Part shown: positions 28,692-37,810 of the stretch, one piece after another
Position numbering within the stretch: the stretch's first letter is position 1
Layout: each line of letters starts with the position of its first letter
Source of the DNA: an uncultured Enterobacteriaceae bacterium
GTDB taxonomy: Bacteria; Verrucomicrobiota; Verrucomicrobiia; Opitutales; UBA953
NCBI GenBank assembly: GCA_964510855.1
Contig: CAZEDB010000001.1
Coordinates: forward strand, 12,220 to 76,219
Direction: 5' to 3'
Length of the DNA stretch: 64,000 nt
Position numbers and translations under genes: made by a program
The notes under the pieces: generated by a model
The model's database searches: none
Told to the model about the DNA's origin: nothing
Seen by the model: only the letters and a program-made list of their open reading frames with translations

Positions 28692-31052
28692 TTAGCGAGG
28701 AAGACGATCAATTTCTACCAGTCCAATCCGAGCGAGGCGGTCGATAAAGGCAATTTCTACTTCAGCCTCATTACCGTCGTTAGGACGAACTGGAACCTCG
28801 AGAACGTTCAAACCAGGTACAAGCCGGATGCTACGATTTAAACCTCGGCGGTGCGGCGTAGAAACCTGCGCCAGCGGCTCACCCGTTAATTCATCAACTT
28901 TGGGGGGCGTAGGCGTGCTCTTAGGAAAACGCACCTTCAAGGTAGCTCCATTACCAGGTTCATGGTCATCTTGCACCGTGACTCGGATTCGCAAGATTTC
29001 ACCTGCAGCAACGGAGAAGGTACGGTGCATACGTCCTTGTGGAGCTAAGGCTTCAACACCTTCGGCACTGACTTCATAGGTACCAGGAGCCGCGACCCAA
29101 ATCCGCCAGCCCTCGTAGTCGACAGGTAAACCGCGAAACGAGAAACTGGTAGCGGTAACTTTGGCTCGTTTGCGCTGAGAGGCAATTACGGCGAGTTTAG
29201 CTTCCGCGGGTGCCTCAGGAGGAACTCGCGTGGTTGGTCCAACAATCAAGGGCCAGGGGTTAGGTTCAGAAAATTTAACCCACTCAAGATTTTCCTGTGA
29301 GGGCCAACGTGCGGCGTGAAAGGCAATTAAGGCGTCGCGGCGGGCATACTCCGCATTTAACATCGCATCGAAAGCGGCGGCAGAGGCGACGGTGCCAGAC
29401 CTAATAATAAGGCGTGCTTGTTCCTGCCGCACGTGATGAGTGCGTACCGCTGCCCAAGCTAATTCAAACTGGGTGAGCCGCTGGCGCATCCGGCGGTGGC
29501 GAGCATCCGAAGGCGCAGCCGCCAGGGCCTCACGAGCATCTTTTAAATAAGCCAACCCGCGCGCACCCAAGAGGTCTTGATAGTCTGCCACCCGAAAACC
29601 GCTATCACGCCAACCCAAGAGCCATTGTCCCGGAATGCGCTCACCCAAGGTAGCCTCCCAAATGCGCCCGATATCTTCGTAAAACTTGAGCATGGCTGGG
29701 GCGGCTGGACCATAAGCAGCGGTGAACCAGTGAGCCTGCAGTTGTTGCACATCCGCCTCAGGATCTGAAAGCAAACGTGATCCGACCCAAGCCTTGGGCG
29801 CATCGAATATCCAAAGTGGATCTAATTCAGCATACCAACTATCGACCCCCGCGCGCTGTGCTGCTTTGATGGAACTGGAGAGCGCACCAAAATGGACCCG
29901 CGGGAAAGGGACATCGCGCCCGAACCAATAATCCCAGGTGCCGAGGCGCTTCACACCTGACTTACCCCAAGCTGCTAAGCGCTCAGATTCCTCTTCGGCA
30001 TAAGCTGGGAGCGCATATTGAATACGATCGGCACAAACCGCAGGGAAAATATCAGGGTGTACTGGGAATGAAGGTGGGGCCTGGGCATCCAGATAAGCGA
30101 GGGCGCCTAGAGCGCGATCGCCTCCTGGATTCCAGTTGAGTTCAGCTACTTCATTTAAAAACCCAAAAACAAAATCCGATCGATGAGGTCGACCATCAAT
30201 AACTTGTTCGCCCGGCCAAGCTTCAGGAATATCAGGATAAACTACTGAATCATTAATTCCCATGGGGACGGCTATCTCTCTTGGATTGGCTGTAAGCCAG
30301 GCAAAGGCGGCCGCAGCGGCTAAAGGGGCGGCATCGGGGTGGGATAAATCAGGATTAGCTGATCGGCCTCTTTGCGTAGGTGCTAGTGCCACGCCATCGA
30401 GTTGGGCAAAAAGTTCAGGTCTCTGCTCAAAAAGCTCCTGGGTAAAAGCAAGGTGAATGCCATGAGTACACCTCGGGCGCTCGCCATAGCCATTGAGACG
30501 AGCCCAAGCAATCGCTTCAGGTCCTCGCATACCTGAGATAGCACGCCAAGCGATAGCAGGAACCCAAACTTCATCGGCGGGTGGGCTGACGAGTTCTAGG
30601 GCGGCATAATCAGCGCCAGCGTGCGAGGGTAAGACAAATGTCACGCCGAGCGCAGCTTCCGCAAAACGTCCGCAAGCCATGCGCGTAGCCATAGGGCTAT
30701 TACCAACCAGCACCAAGGTATCACCCCACCATTTTCTAATAGCGGTATCGCCATCGCGCGGAGCGGGGAGAAGTTCAGCCCGTCGGGCCAGTTTAGTATT
30801 ACCAAGCGCAATGCCGGTCCGTGCAGTCGTACCTTGCTCGAGTCGTACCTCGGGGCGGATTCCCGTCACGCGTTCGCACCAATCGGCGAGTTCTTCAGCA
30901 GCAACTAATTCTTCAAAATCAGGTTCAGCCGGAATCCAAATCGGGCCACTCCACTGATTATTAATAAAAAGCGCCTGCGGCTGCGTTCCCTGAGGAGTAT
31001 GCGCACAGCCAGCGAATGCTAGCATTAGGAGCAGCCAGAAATATTTCTGCAC
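28692..31052 (-). CDS. Large lipoprotein of unknown function (possibly DUF4838 / glycoside-hydrolase-associated fold)
   Basis: Signal peptide with lipobox LAFAGC. The N-terminal pattern ..EELVAAEELADWCERVTG.. resembles the DUF4838 N-terminus, but the family call is weak. Confidence 0.5.
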   Translation of the reverse strand: MQKYFWLLLMLAFAGCAHTPQGTQPQALFINNQWSGPIWIPAEPDFEELVAAEELADWCERVTGIRPEVRLEQGTTARTGIALGNTKLARRAELLPAPRDGDTAIRKWWGDTLVLVGNSPMATRMACGRFAEAALGVTFVLPSHAGADYAALELVSPPADEVWVPAIAWRAISGMRGPEAIAWARLNGYGERPRCTHGIHLAFTQELFEQRPELFAQLDGVALAPTQRGRSANPDLSHPDAAPLAAAAAFAWLTANPREIAVPMGINDSVVYPDIPEAWPGEQVIDGRPHRSDFVFGFLNEVAELNWNPGGDRALGALAYLDAQAPPSFPVHPDIFPAVCADRIQYALPAYAEEESERLAAWGKSGVKRLGTWDYWFGRDVPFPRVHFGALSSSIKAAQRAGVDSWYAELDPLWIFDAPKAWVGSRLLSDPEADVQQLQAHWFTAAYGPAAPAMLKFYEDIGRIWEATLGERIPGQWLLGWRDSGFRVADYQDLLGARGLAYLKDAREALAAAPSDARHRRMRQRLTQFELAWAAVRTHHVRQEQARLIIRSGTVASAAAFDAMLNAEYARRDALIAFHAARWPSQENLEWVKFSEPNPWPLIVGPTTRVPPEAPAEAKLAVIASQRKRAKVTATSFSFRGLPVDYEGWRIWVAAPGTYEVSAEGVEALAPQGRMHRTFSVAAGEILRIRVTVQDDHEPGNGATLKVRFPKSTPTPPKVDELTGEPLAQVSTPHRRGLNRSIRLVPGLNVLEVPVRPNDGNEAEVEIAFIDRLARIGLVEIDRLPR

Positions 31053-31169
31053 ACTGGGAGTCTCTAGAGCCCGAGCAGGGGCGGCAAGCCCTCACCCACG
31101 GGCGAGTAAAGATAACTAGGGAAAGGGGGCAGTGGATTAGCATTTAAAGGTGCACAGGGTCGCTGGCCT

Positions 31170-32363
31170 ATGCACCCCTCACTCCTGTTTTCTTTCTGTT
31201 GCTTGGTTGTTACACAAGTTTCCGCCGCGGTTTGGTCAGGCGCTGGTAACCCAGACAATATTTGGGACCCAGCCAATTGGCATCAGGGGACGGCGCCGAC
31301 TTACGAAGATCCGGTATGGGAAATTTCTGCGGGCCTTACAGCGCGGGTCGATACTGCAACTGCTCCCGCGTGGATTATTAAACGTGGTGAAGGCACCTTA
31401 GTGTTGGGATCATCGTTACCCGATACGATTAGTTTAGAGGTCGAACAAGGTACGGTGAGTTGGACGGATCCGGTTGCGCTTGGACACCTCCGTCTTAGCG
31501 GGGGCCTACTTGCAGCCGGACAAAGTCTGCAGGTCGGGCTAATGGAAATTGCGGGTGCTACTGATTTAAACTTAGCGACCTTACCCAATCTCTCAGTTGG
31601 AACCCTCCGCGTAGAAAGTACAGGGACGGTAACCTGGTCAGAGAACGTACTCGCCAGCAGTCTAGAAATTGAAGCGGGTCTGGTTGACTTCACCGATACC
31701 CGTGTACCCGCCAGCGTTGCCATCACGCTTAATGGCGGCGAAATGATTGGGGGTATTCTTGAGTCTCAAGTTACTGCCACGGGTGGAACATTAAGTTCTA
31801 CGATTTTAGGAAACTTTTATTTAAGAGGCGGCCAAGTAACCGCGAATGGCGCACAAATTTATGGGCAAGTTCTCTTAGAAGGCGGCATGCTTTCGGGTTA
31901 TTTGGGTACCATGGGAAGCATTTTTACTGCCTGGTATGGAGGACAAGTTCATATCGCCGGCACCCTTTATATGGAATCGATGGGGGCTTTAGGTTTTCCG
32001 CTGGAATTTGCTGAGTTAACTCAACCCATCGTCGTTACAGGCGAGTTTAGCTCGTCGATGACAAATGTTTTAGATTTTGGCTTAGTCGATTGGCGCGACC
32101 CTTATTGGGATGAAATTCGTCAATTCACCGTTATCGATGTTTGGGAAGGCGGGGTTGTAAACGCGACCTTTGCTCACGATGAAACGATAGGGGACGGGCA
32201 GGGTTTATGGAGTCGGGCGGATAATACCGAGGGCGACTTAATCATGCGCTGGACCCCACAAGATATCACCCCGGTCCCTGAAGCGTCTACCACTGGCCTC
32301 TTAGCCTTGGCAGCGCTAGCGCTGGTTAGCGTCCGCCGAAAGCGGCACGGAAGGCTTCAATAA
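31170..32363 (+). CDS. PEP-CTERM-anchored secreted protein with autotransporter-associated beta-strand-like repeats
   Basis: N-terminal signal peptide, IIKRGEGTLVLGSS-type repeats, and C-terminal VPEASTTGLLALAALALVSVRRKR (PEP motif, TM helix, Arg cluster). Confidence 0.75.
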   Translation: MHPSLLFSFCCLVVTQVSAAVWSGAGNPDNIWDPANWHQGTAPTYEDPVWEISAGLTARVDTATAPAWIIKRGEGTLVLGSSLPDTISLEVEQGTVSWTDPVALGHLRLSGGLLAAGQSLQVGLMEIAGATDLNLATLPNLSVGTLRVESTGTVTWSENVLASSLEIEAGLVDFTDTRVPASVAITLNGGEMIGGILESQVTATGGTLSSTILGNFYLRGGQVTANGAQIYGQVLLEGGMLSGYLGTMGSIFTAWYGGQVHIAGTLYMESMGALGFPLEFAELTQPIVVTGEFSSSMTNVLDFGLVDWRDPYWDEIRQFTVIDVWEGGVVNATFAHDETIGDGQGLWSRADNTEGDLIMRWTPQDITPVPEASTTGLLALAALALVSVRRKRHGRLQ

Positions 32364-33456
32364 CCCGCTCACGTTCGCCGTCCGTCATACCTGAACCCGA
32401 AGGTAGGCACAAACCTTGGGCAAAGAGCTGATCGCTCACGCCTCGCCCGATGTATTCTGTCGAACGGAAGACGGGCTGAAGGTGCATGGGCTTCCAGATC
32501 GGGCGCGTTTCAATGTCGGCCTTCTCAAGGGCGAGCCGGATACGTTCACGATCAGTGCCGGCTTCCTGCGGGTTAATAGTAAGACACGAAAGCCAACGTG
32601 TCGACTGACCCCAAGGGGCTTCGGGCTGCATTTGCAGTCCAGGCAAATCAGCAAAAGCTTTTTGGTAAGCGGCGAAGTGGGCCCGGCGGCGCGCCACCTT
32701 GGCGTCGAGATTTTCCAATTGGCCACGTCCAATACCCGCACAGACATTACTCAAACGATAGTTATACCCTAGCGTCGTATGCTCATAGTGCGGAGCAGGG
32801 TCGCGGGCTTGAGTTGCAAGATGACGCGCCTGCTGCGCGAGCGCTTTATCATGGGTAACCAACATCCCGCCTCCAGAGGTAGTAATAATCTTATTCCCGT
32901 TAAACGAATGAATCCCGAAGCGCCCCAAGGATCCTGGTGACTTTCCTTGATAGGTGGCCCCAAGGGCCTCGGCAGCATCTTCAATCAGTGCCACACCATG
33001 CTGCTCACAAATTTTAATAATGGGGTTAAGGTTAGCGGCCTGACCATAGAGGTGGGCGACGACTAACCCCCGCGGCGCACGACCCGTGCGGGCTTTACGG
33101 GTAATAACCTCGGCTAAAATATCAGGATCGGCATTCCAACTTACGGATTCAGAATCAACAAAAACTGGGGTGGCGTTTAAATAAGTAATCGGCGCAGCTG
33201 AAGCGACAAAGGTGAGTGTGGAGCAAATCACTTCGTCGCCCTGCCCTACCCCAGAGAGACGAAGCGCCAGATGTAAGGCAGCGGTACCTGAGGCAAGAGC
33301 TACCGCATGAGGTGCACCAACCTTAGCCGCAAACTCTCGCTCAAAGGCCTCAAGATTAGGGCCAACTGGAGCCACCCAGTTGCCTTCAAAGGCTTCCGCA
33401 ACATACCTGCGCTCGGCAGCACCGATATCGGGAGGAGATAGGTAGATTCGGGCCAT
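32326..33456 (-). CDS. DegT/DnrJ/EryC1/StrS-family sugar aminotransferase
   Basis: HSFNGNKIITTSGGGML retains the PLP lysine. The layout is typical of the family. Confidence 0.85.
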   Translation of the reverse strand: MARIYLSPPDIGAAERRYVAEAFEGNWVAPVGPNLEAFEREFAAKVGAPHAVALASGTAALHLALRLSGVGQGDEVICSTLTFVASAAPITYLNATPVFVDSESVSWNADPDILAEVITRKARTGRAPRGLVVAHLYGQAANLNPIIKICEQHGVALIEDAAEALGATYQGKSPGSLGRFGIHSFNGNKIITTSGGGMLVTHDKALAQQARHLATQARDPAPHYEHTTLGYNYRLSNVCAGIGRGQLENLDAKVARRRAHFAAYQKAFADLPGLQMQPEAPWGQSTRWLSCLTINPQEAGTDRERIRLALEKADIETRPIWKPMHLQPVFRSTEYIGRGVSDQLFAQGLCLPSGSGMTDGERERVIEAFRAAFGGR

Positions 33457-33503
33457 CTGTATTCAGCGTGGCGAGGCAAGCGGACTGGGGCAATCCGAGA
33501 CCT

Positions 33504-33656
33504 TCAACGCCCGATTTTACGGGGCTTTTCCCCACAGCCACAGCCAGAACCGCAACCAGCTGAGGGTTCTTTTTTAAGGCTTTTCATCAGCCTTACGAGC
33601 AACCACCCCGAAGCTAAACCCACGAGTAAAAAGGTGAAAATAAGATCTAGGTTCAT
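33504..33656 (-). CDS. FeoB-associated Cys-rich small membrane protein (50 aa, not in the supplied ORF track)
   Basis: Hand translation gives MNLDLIFTFLLVGLASGWLLVRLMKSLKKEPSAGCGSGCGCGEKPRKIGR. Its ATG overlaps the feoB TGA (ATGA at 33653-33656). It has one TM helix followed by a CGSGCGCG cluster. Confidence 0.6.
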   Translation of the reverse strand: MNLDLIFTFLLVGLASGWLLVRLMKSLKKEPSAGCGSGCGCGEKPRKIGR

Positions 33657-35803
33657 AGCAGGGCGGTGCCGAGTTGATAAACGCTAACCGCCGCTAACCA
33701 AGCTAGCGTAGTCATTAGGAAGAAGGACGCGGCGGCCCATTTCCAACCGCCCGACTCTTGTGCCAGCGTCGCCACGGTTGAGCCACACTGGGAACACAGG
33801 GCAAAGAAAACCATCAAGGCAAGAATAGTGGGGAGCGTAAAAATAGGCGTGCCGGCGCGAGGGCCCTCATTCCAGGTAGCGGCGCGCATCGCATCGCGTA
33901 AGTGTGCACTGTCAGCCCCAACTTCTTCACCTAAGGCATAGGTTATACCTAAAGTAGAAACAATTACTTCACGTGCTGGGAACGAAGCTAGTACCCCTAC
34001 GGTAAGCTTCCAGTCAAAGCCTGCGGGATCAAAGGCAGGCTGAAGTCCCTTCCCCATCCGACCCATCCAGGAATTTTCTACCAGTGCCGCTTGGGCTAAA
34101 GCATCTGCGCGCTCAACCGTTTCACCTGAAGCCAGCGCTTGGTTTTTAATTTCAGCGGATTTTTCTAAATCTCGCGGGAAGTAAGAAAGCACCCAGATAA
34201 TAATCGTGAGCGCAAAAATAACTGTGCCCGCTTTACGAATAAACTCGGCCACGCTTTGCCAAACGCGCCATAAAACGTCGCGCATCTTAGGTAGTTGATA
34301 GCGCGGTAGCTCGAGTACAAAAGGTGCGGGCCGTACTTTTAAAACCACCCGGGTTAAAATAAAAGTAACAGGGACGGCTACGAGGAGACCGACTAAGTGC
34401 ATCCCTACCATCGCTACCGATTCCCAGCCCGAACCATACCAAGGCCCGATGAAAGCGGAGCACATCAAAGCGTATACTGGGAACCGCGCCGAACAACTCA
34501 TGAAGGGTACGGCGAAGGCGGTAGCGAGACGGGCTCTTGGATCTTCAATGGTACGCGTCGCTAAAATACCAGGAATAGCACAGGCATAGCCTGAGAGCAG
34601 GGGTACGAAACTTTTTCCATTCAATCCACACCAACCAAAGAGGCGGTCCATGATAAAGGCTGCCCGCGCCATATAGCCGCTATCCTCTAAGATGCCGACT
34701 AAGAGAAAGAGGAAGGCAATCTGGGGGAGAAATACGAGAAACGCCCCGACCCCGCCGATAATACCGTCGGTTACCAAACTTTGGAATACCGGCATCGCTT
34801 CTAAGGAGGGTGCGACGGCACCACGCGCCCAATCCACTGCCCATTGGATGCCTTCCATGGGTAACTTAGCTAAGGCAAATACCGTCCAAAAAATTCCCAA
34901 CATGATAACGGCAAAAAAGACCGGCCCGAGCGCCCGATGCAGCAGAAGTTTATCGACGGCTGCGGTCCGTGTTGGTTTAGAGGAACCGCGCACGACCCCT
35001 TCAAGATCAATACGTAGGCGCGCATAGTGCACGAGAGGTTCGGCTGCGGGCGGGTTCATACCCGCGCGGCGAATACGCTCTCGGGCAGCTTTTAAGACGG
35101 GCGTGCGAGCCTGCTCACTCCAACCCAAGGATTCCGCAACCGTAGGTGCTACATCAAAGAGGAGTCGCTGGGCGAGCGCCTCGGGAACAGGTCGACCCGT
35201 GTCACGGGTAGCTAGGGTAGCAACTTCCTTCACCGCAGAAGCCACGACCTCGGGCCATGCCACACGACGAAGCCGATCCGTACTTTTTAAGGTATCGGCT
35301 ATTAAACGACGTACTTCAGCTAAACCTTCGCCACGCCATGCCGAAACTAACGCAATGGAAATACCGAAGCGCTCGGCAAGTTTATCGACATCGATTTCAA
35401 TACCTCGGTCACGCGCCACGTCGGCCTGATTAATAACTAGAACCGCTGGCAGACCGAGTTCAGCAATTTGCGAAACGAGAAAACAATTTCTTAAAAGATT
35501 AGTAGCATCACAAACCATCAGCACCGCATCGGGTGCGGGCATGCCTTGGTAACGACCAAGAAGGACGTCGATCACCACTTGTTCGTCGGGCGAAATCGCC
35601 GCCAGCGAATAAAGTCCAGGTAAGTCGATGAGCTCGACGAGTTGGCCTCCGCCTAAATCACAAGTGCCCGATTTACGTGAAACGGTTACCCCTGGGTAAT
35701 TGCCCACGCGCTGGCGTAAGCCAGTAAGCGCATTAAAAAGGGTGGACTTACCCGTGTTGGGATTTCCCACCACCGCAATACGGGGTAATGCAGAAGCACT
35801 CAT
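33653..35803 (-). CDS. feoB: Ferrous iron transporter FeoB
   Basis: G-domain VVGNPNTGKSTLFNALTG followed by a polytopic permease. I set the start at the ATG at 35803, which overlaps the feoA stop (ATGA). Confidence 0.92.
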   Translation of the reverse strand: MSASALPRIAVVGNPNTGKSTLFNALTGLRQRVGNYPGVTVSRKSGTCDLGGGQLVELIDLPGLYSLAAISPDEQVVIDVLLGRYQGMPAPDAVLMVCDATNLLRNCFLVSQIAELGLPAVLVINQADVARDRGIEIDVDKLAERFGISIALVSAWRGEGLAEVRRLIADTLKSTDRLRRVAWPEVVASAVKEVATLATRDTGRPVPEALAQRLLFDVAPTVAESLGWSEQARTPVLKAARERIRRAGMNPPAAEPLVHYARLRIDLEGVVRGSSKPTRTAAVDKLLLHRALGPVFFAVIMLGIFWTVFALAKLPMEGIQWAVDWARGAVAPSLEAMPVFQSLVTDGIIGGVGAFLVFLPQIAFLFLLVGILEDSGYMARAAFIMDRLFGWCGLNGKSFVPLLSGYACAIPGILATRTIEDPRARLATAFAVPFMSCSARFPVYALMCSAFIGPWYGSGWESVAMVGMHLVGLLVAVPVTFILTRVVLKVRPAPFVLELPRYQLPKMRDVLWRVWQSVAEFIRKAGTVIFALTIIIWVLSYFPRDLEKSAEIKNQALASGETVERADALAQAALVENSWMGRMGKGLQPAFDPAGFDWKLTVGVLASFPAREVIVSTLGITYALGEEVGADSAHLRDAMRAATWNEGPRAGTPIFTLPTILALMVFFALCSQCGSTVATLAQESGGWKWAAASFFLMTTLAWLAAVSVYQLGTALL

Positions 35804-36060
35804 GGCTGGGGTGGACGGGGGATAGGACAATCCGCAGCCACATCGACCCAGATCTCCGCCGCCTCTTGTAAGCGCAGACAAATTTCTACCCCGTTGAAAC
35901 GGAACTCCACTGGGTCACCTAAAGGGGCGCGACGGATAACGGTAACGATCATACCGGGGATAAGGCCCAAGGCCATCAGGCGCTGGTCAACTGGGCGCTC
36001 GCTGTTAAGCGAGACCAGTTTCCCGGATTGGCCGGGCATGAGTTGAGAAAGCGAGACCAC
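35800..36060 (-). CDS. feoA: Ferrous iron transport protein FeoA
   Basis: 86 aa with the SH3-like FeoA pattern LSQL.PGQSGKLVSL...LMALGLIPG, directly upstream of feoB. Confidence 0.85.
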   Translation of the reverse strand: MVSLSQLMPGQSGKLVSLNSERPVDQRLMALGLIPGMIVTVIRRAPLGDPVEFRFNGVEICLRLQEAAEIWVDVAADCPIPRPPQP

Positions 36061-36065
36061 GCTAA

Positions 36066-36082
36066 TTGAGATTCAATCTCAA
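36066..36082 (-). promoter_or_regulatory. Fur-box-like perfect palindrome upstream of feoA
   Basis: TTGAGATTCAATCTCAA is an 8-1-8 perfect inverted repeat. Its core TGAGATTCAATCTCA has the 7-1-7 architecture of the Fur box TGATAATnATTATCA. It lies 6 nt upstream of the feoA start codon. Confidence 0.45.
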
Positions 36083-36162
36083 CTTGTGACCTGTTTGAAA
36101 GAAGTCAATGCGTACCGACCTTGCCCTTGCTACAAAAGGTCGGGCTCGCCGAGGGTATCTCC

Positions 36163-37677
36163 ATGCAGTCCCGGCCCCTGGTAAAACCTGACCCTGCCCC
36201 GCACGTTCCTGAGGTGATCGATACGGCGGGTATCGGCGGCCACCCCAAGGGGTTAAGTAACCTCTTCTTCGCCGAGATGTGGGAGCGTTTTTCGTTCTAT
36301 GGCATGCGCGCCATTTTGATGATCTTTATGGTCACATCGGTGGATCAAGGCGGACTTGGCTTCGATCAAACCAATGCCGCCTGGGTTTATGGTAATTACA
36401 CCATGGCCTGCTACCTCCTTTGTATTTTGGGTGGTTACCTAGCGGATAATTTTGTCGGGGCTAAACGGACGGTAGCTGTCGGGGGTCTTATCATTACCTG
36501 TGGTCACTATATTTTAGCCATCGATGCTCTGCCGGCTTTTTACAGCGGCCTCGCTTTGGTCGCAATAGGTACGGGCTTACTTAAACCTAATATCAGTACC
36601 TTAGTGGGCGGACTCTACTCTCCGAATGATCGCCGTCGCGACGCAGGGTTCTCGCTCTTTTACATGGGGATTAATTTAGGGGCCTTCATGTCGCCCCTGA
36701 TCACAGGCTGGCTGGCACAAAGCGAAACCTTCCGGTCCCTACTCACTAGTTGGGGGCTTAATCCAAACAGTAGCTGGCATTGGGGTTTTGGCGCCGCTGC
36801 TCTGGGTATGACCGCAGGGATGATTATTTACCTACGACGACTTTCATGGCTGGGCACCATCGGCGAACCCCCAACAAAAGACTCACCGCGGCCATGGGGA
36901 CAACTTCTGGTCGTCACTACCACCACCTTGTTGCTTTTAGTATTAATCGGTAATGCAGAAGCTTGGCCTTGGGCTCCTTGGGCGGTTGCTGGAGTGGGCA
37001 TCATTAAATTTGCCCATCTAACGTCATTACTTCGGCCCACTGAACGGCCGCGCATGGGAGCTATTATCGTCTTCTTTACCTCAGCGGTAGCCTTTTGGGC
37101 GCTATTTGAACAAGCAGGCTCTACCTTAGCACTCTTTGCCGAACAACTCACCCACAACGAAGTAGGGGGCGTAGGATTTCCCTCTTCATGGTTCCAATCG
37201 GCCAATGCTTTATTCGTCTTACTCCTCGCACCAATCTTTGCCTGGGCTTGGGTAAAATTAGGTGACTATGAACCGTCCGTGCCAGTGAAATTTGCGCTCG
37301 GCCTATTTTTCCTTGGGCTGTCTTTCATCCTCATGGTGCCAGCAGCGCAGGCAACAATCGACGGTCGCGTAAGCCCGCTGTGGTTACTGGGTGTCTACTT
37401 TTTACAGACGATTGGAGAGATGTGCTTAAGTCCAGTCGGGCTTAGCACCATGACTAAACTCGCTCCCGCCCGCCTAGGCGGCATGGTGATGGGCATTTGG
37501 TTCTTAGCGGGCGCTTTAGGAAACAAATTAGCCGGCTCACTTGCCGCAGGTTACACCGGAACCGATGCGGAGCAGTTAGCGAACTTCTTCCTTAATCAGG
37601 GATTAGTGGTGGGTGGCCTAACAGTCGCCCTGTTCGCGATTGCACCTTGGGTGCACAGATTGATGGACCGAAAGTAA
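36163..37677 (+). CDS. POT/PTR2-family proton-dependent di/tripeptide transporter
   Basis: Signature FFAEMWERFSFYGMRAIL and about 14 TM segments. The start is uncertain (TTG at 36121 or ATG at 36163). Confidence 0.88.
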   Translation: MQSRPLVKPDPAPHVPEVIDTAGIGGHPKGLSNLFFAEMWERFSFYGMRAILMIFMVTSVDQGGLGFDQTNAAWVYGNYTMACYLLCILGGYLADNFVGAKRTVAVGGLIITCGHYILAIDALPAFYSGLALVAIGTGLLKPNISTLVGGLYSPNDRRRDAGFSLFYMGINLGAFMSPLITGWLAQSETFRSLLTSWGLNPNSSWHWGFGAAALGMTAGMIIYLRRLSWLGTIGEPPTKDSPRPWGQLLVVTTTTLLLLVLIGNAEAWPWAPWAVAGVGIIKFAHLTSLLRPTERPRMGAIIVFFTSAVAFWALFEQAGSTLALFAEQLTHNEVGGVGFPSSWFQSANALFVLLLAPIFAWAWVKLGDYEPSVPVKFALGLFFLGLSFILMVPAAQATIDGRVSPLWLLGVYFLQTIGEMCLSPVGLSTMTKLAPARLGGMVMGIWFLAGALGNKLAGSLAAGYTGTDAEQLANFFLNQGLVVGGLTVALFAIAPWVHRLMDRK

Positions 37678-37763
37678 ACCTCGTGAAACCAGCAGATGCG
37701 TAGGATTTATGAAGTCCTTACCCAAGCTGTTTACTTTAAGATAGACTTGCAGGCGCATTAAAT

Positions 37764-37790
37764 AAAAAGCCCCGGCACACCGGGGCTTTC
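37764..37790. terminator. Bidirectional rho-independent terminator between convergent genes
   Basis: Stem GCCCCGG (37769-37775) pairs with CCGGGGC (37780-37786). An A-run lies 5' and a T-run 3'. Confidence 0.6.
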
Positions 37791-37810
37791 TAAAATCCTT
37801 TAAATCTTAC

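Noticed and set aside
18132-33456. Glycan island as a mobile genomic island
   Set aside because: I could not find an integrase, transposase, conjugation or phage gene, or an obvious att duplication. It is reported only as a compositionally distinct locus, not as a mobile element.
35804-35881. Upstream extensions of feoB (to 35881), guaB (to 41856), gmk (to 47370), kbl (to 60830) and the FkbM gene (to 23429)
   Set aside because: In each case an internal ATG aligns with the canonical N-terminus of the family. For feoB, gmk and the FkbM gene it also creates a standard ATGA or TGATG junction with the upstream gene. The extensions are Cys/Arg/Pro-rich and overlap the neighbouring coding sequence.
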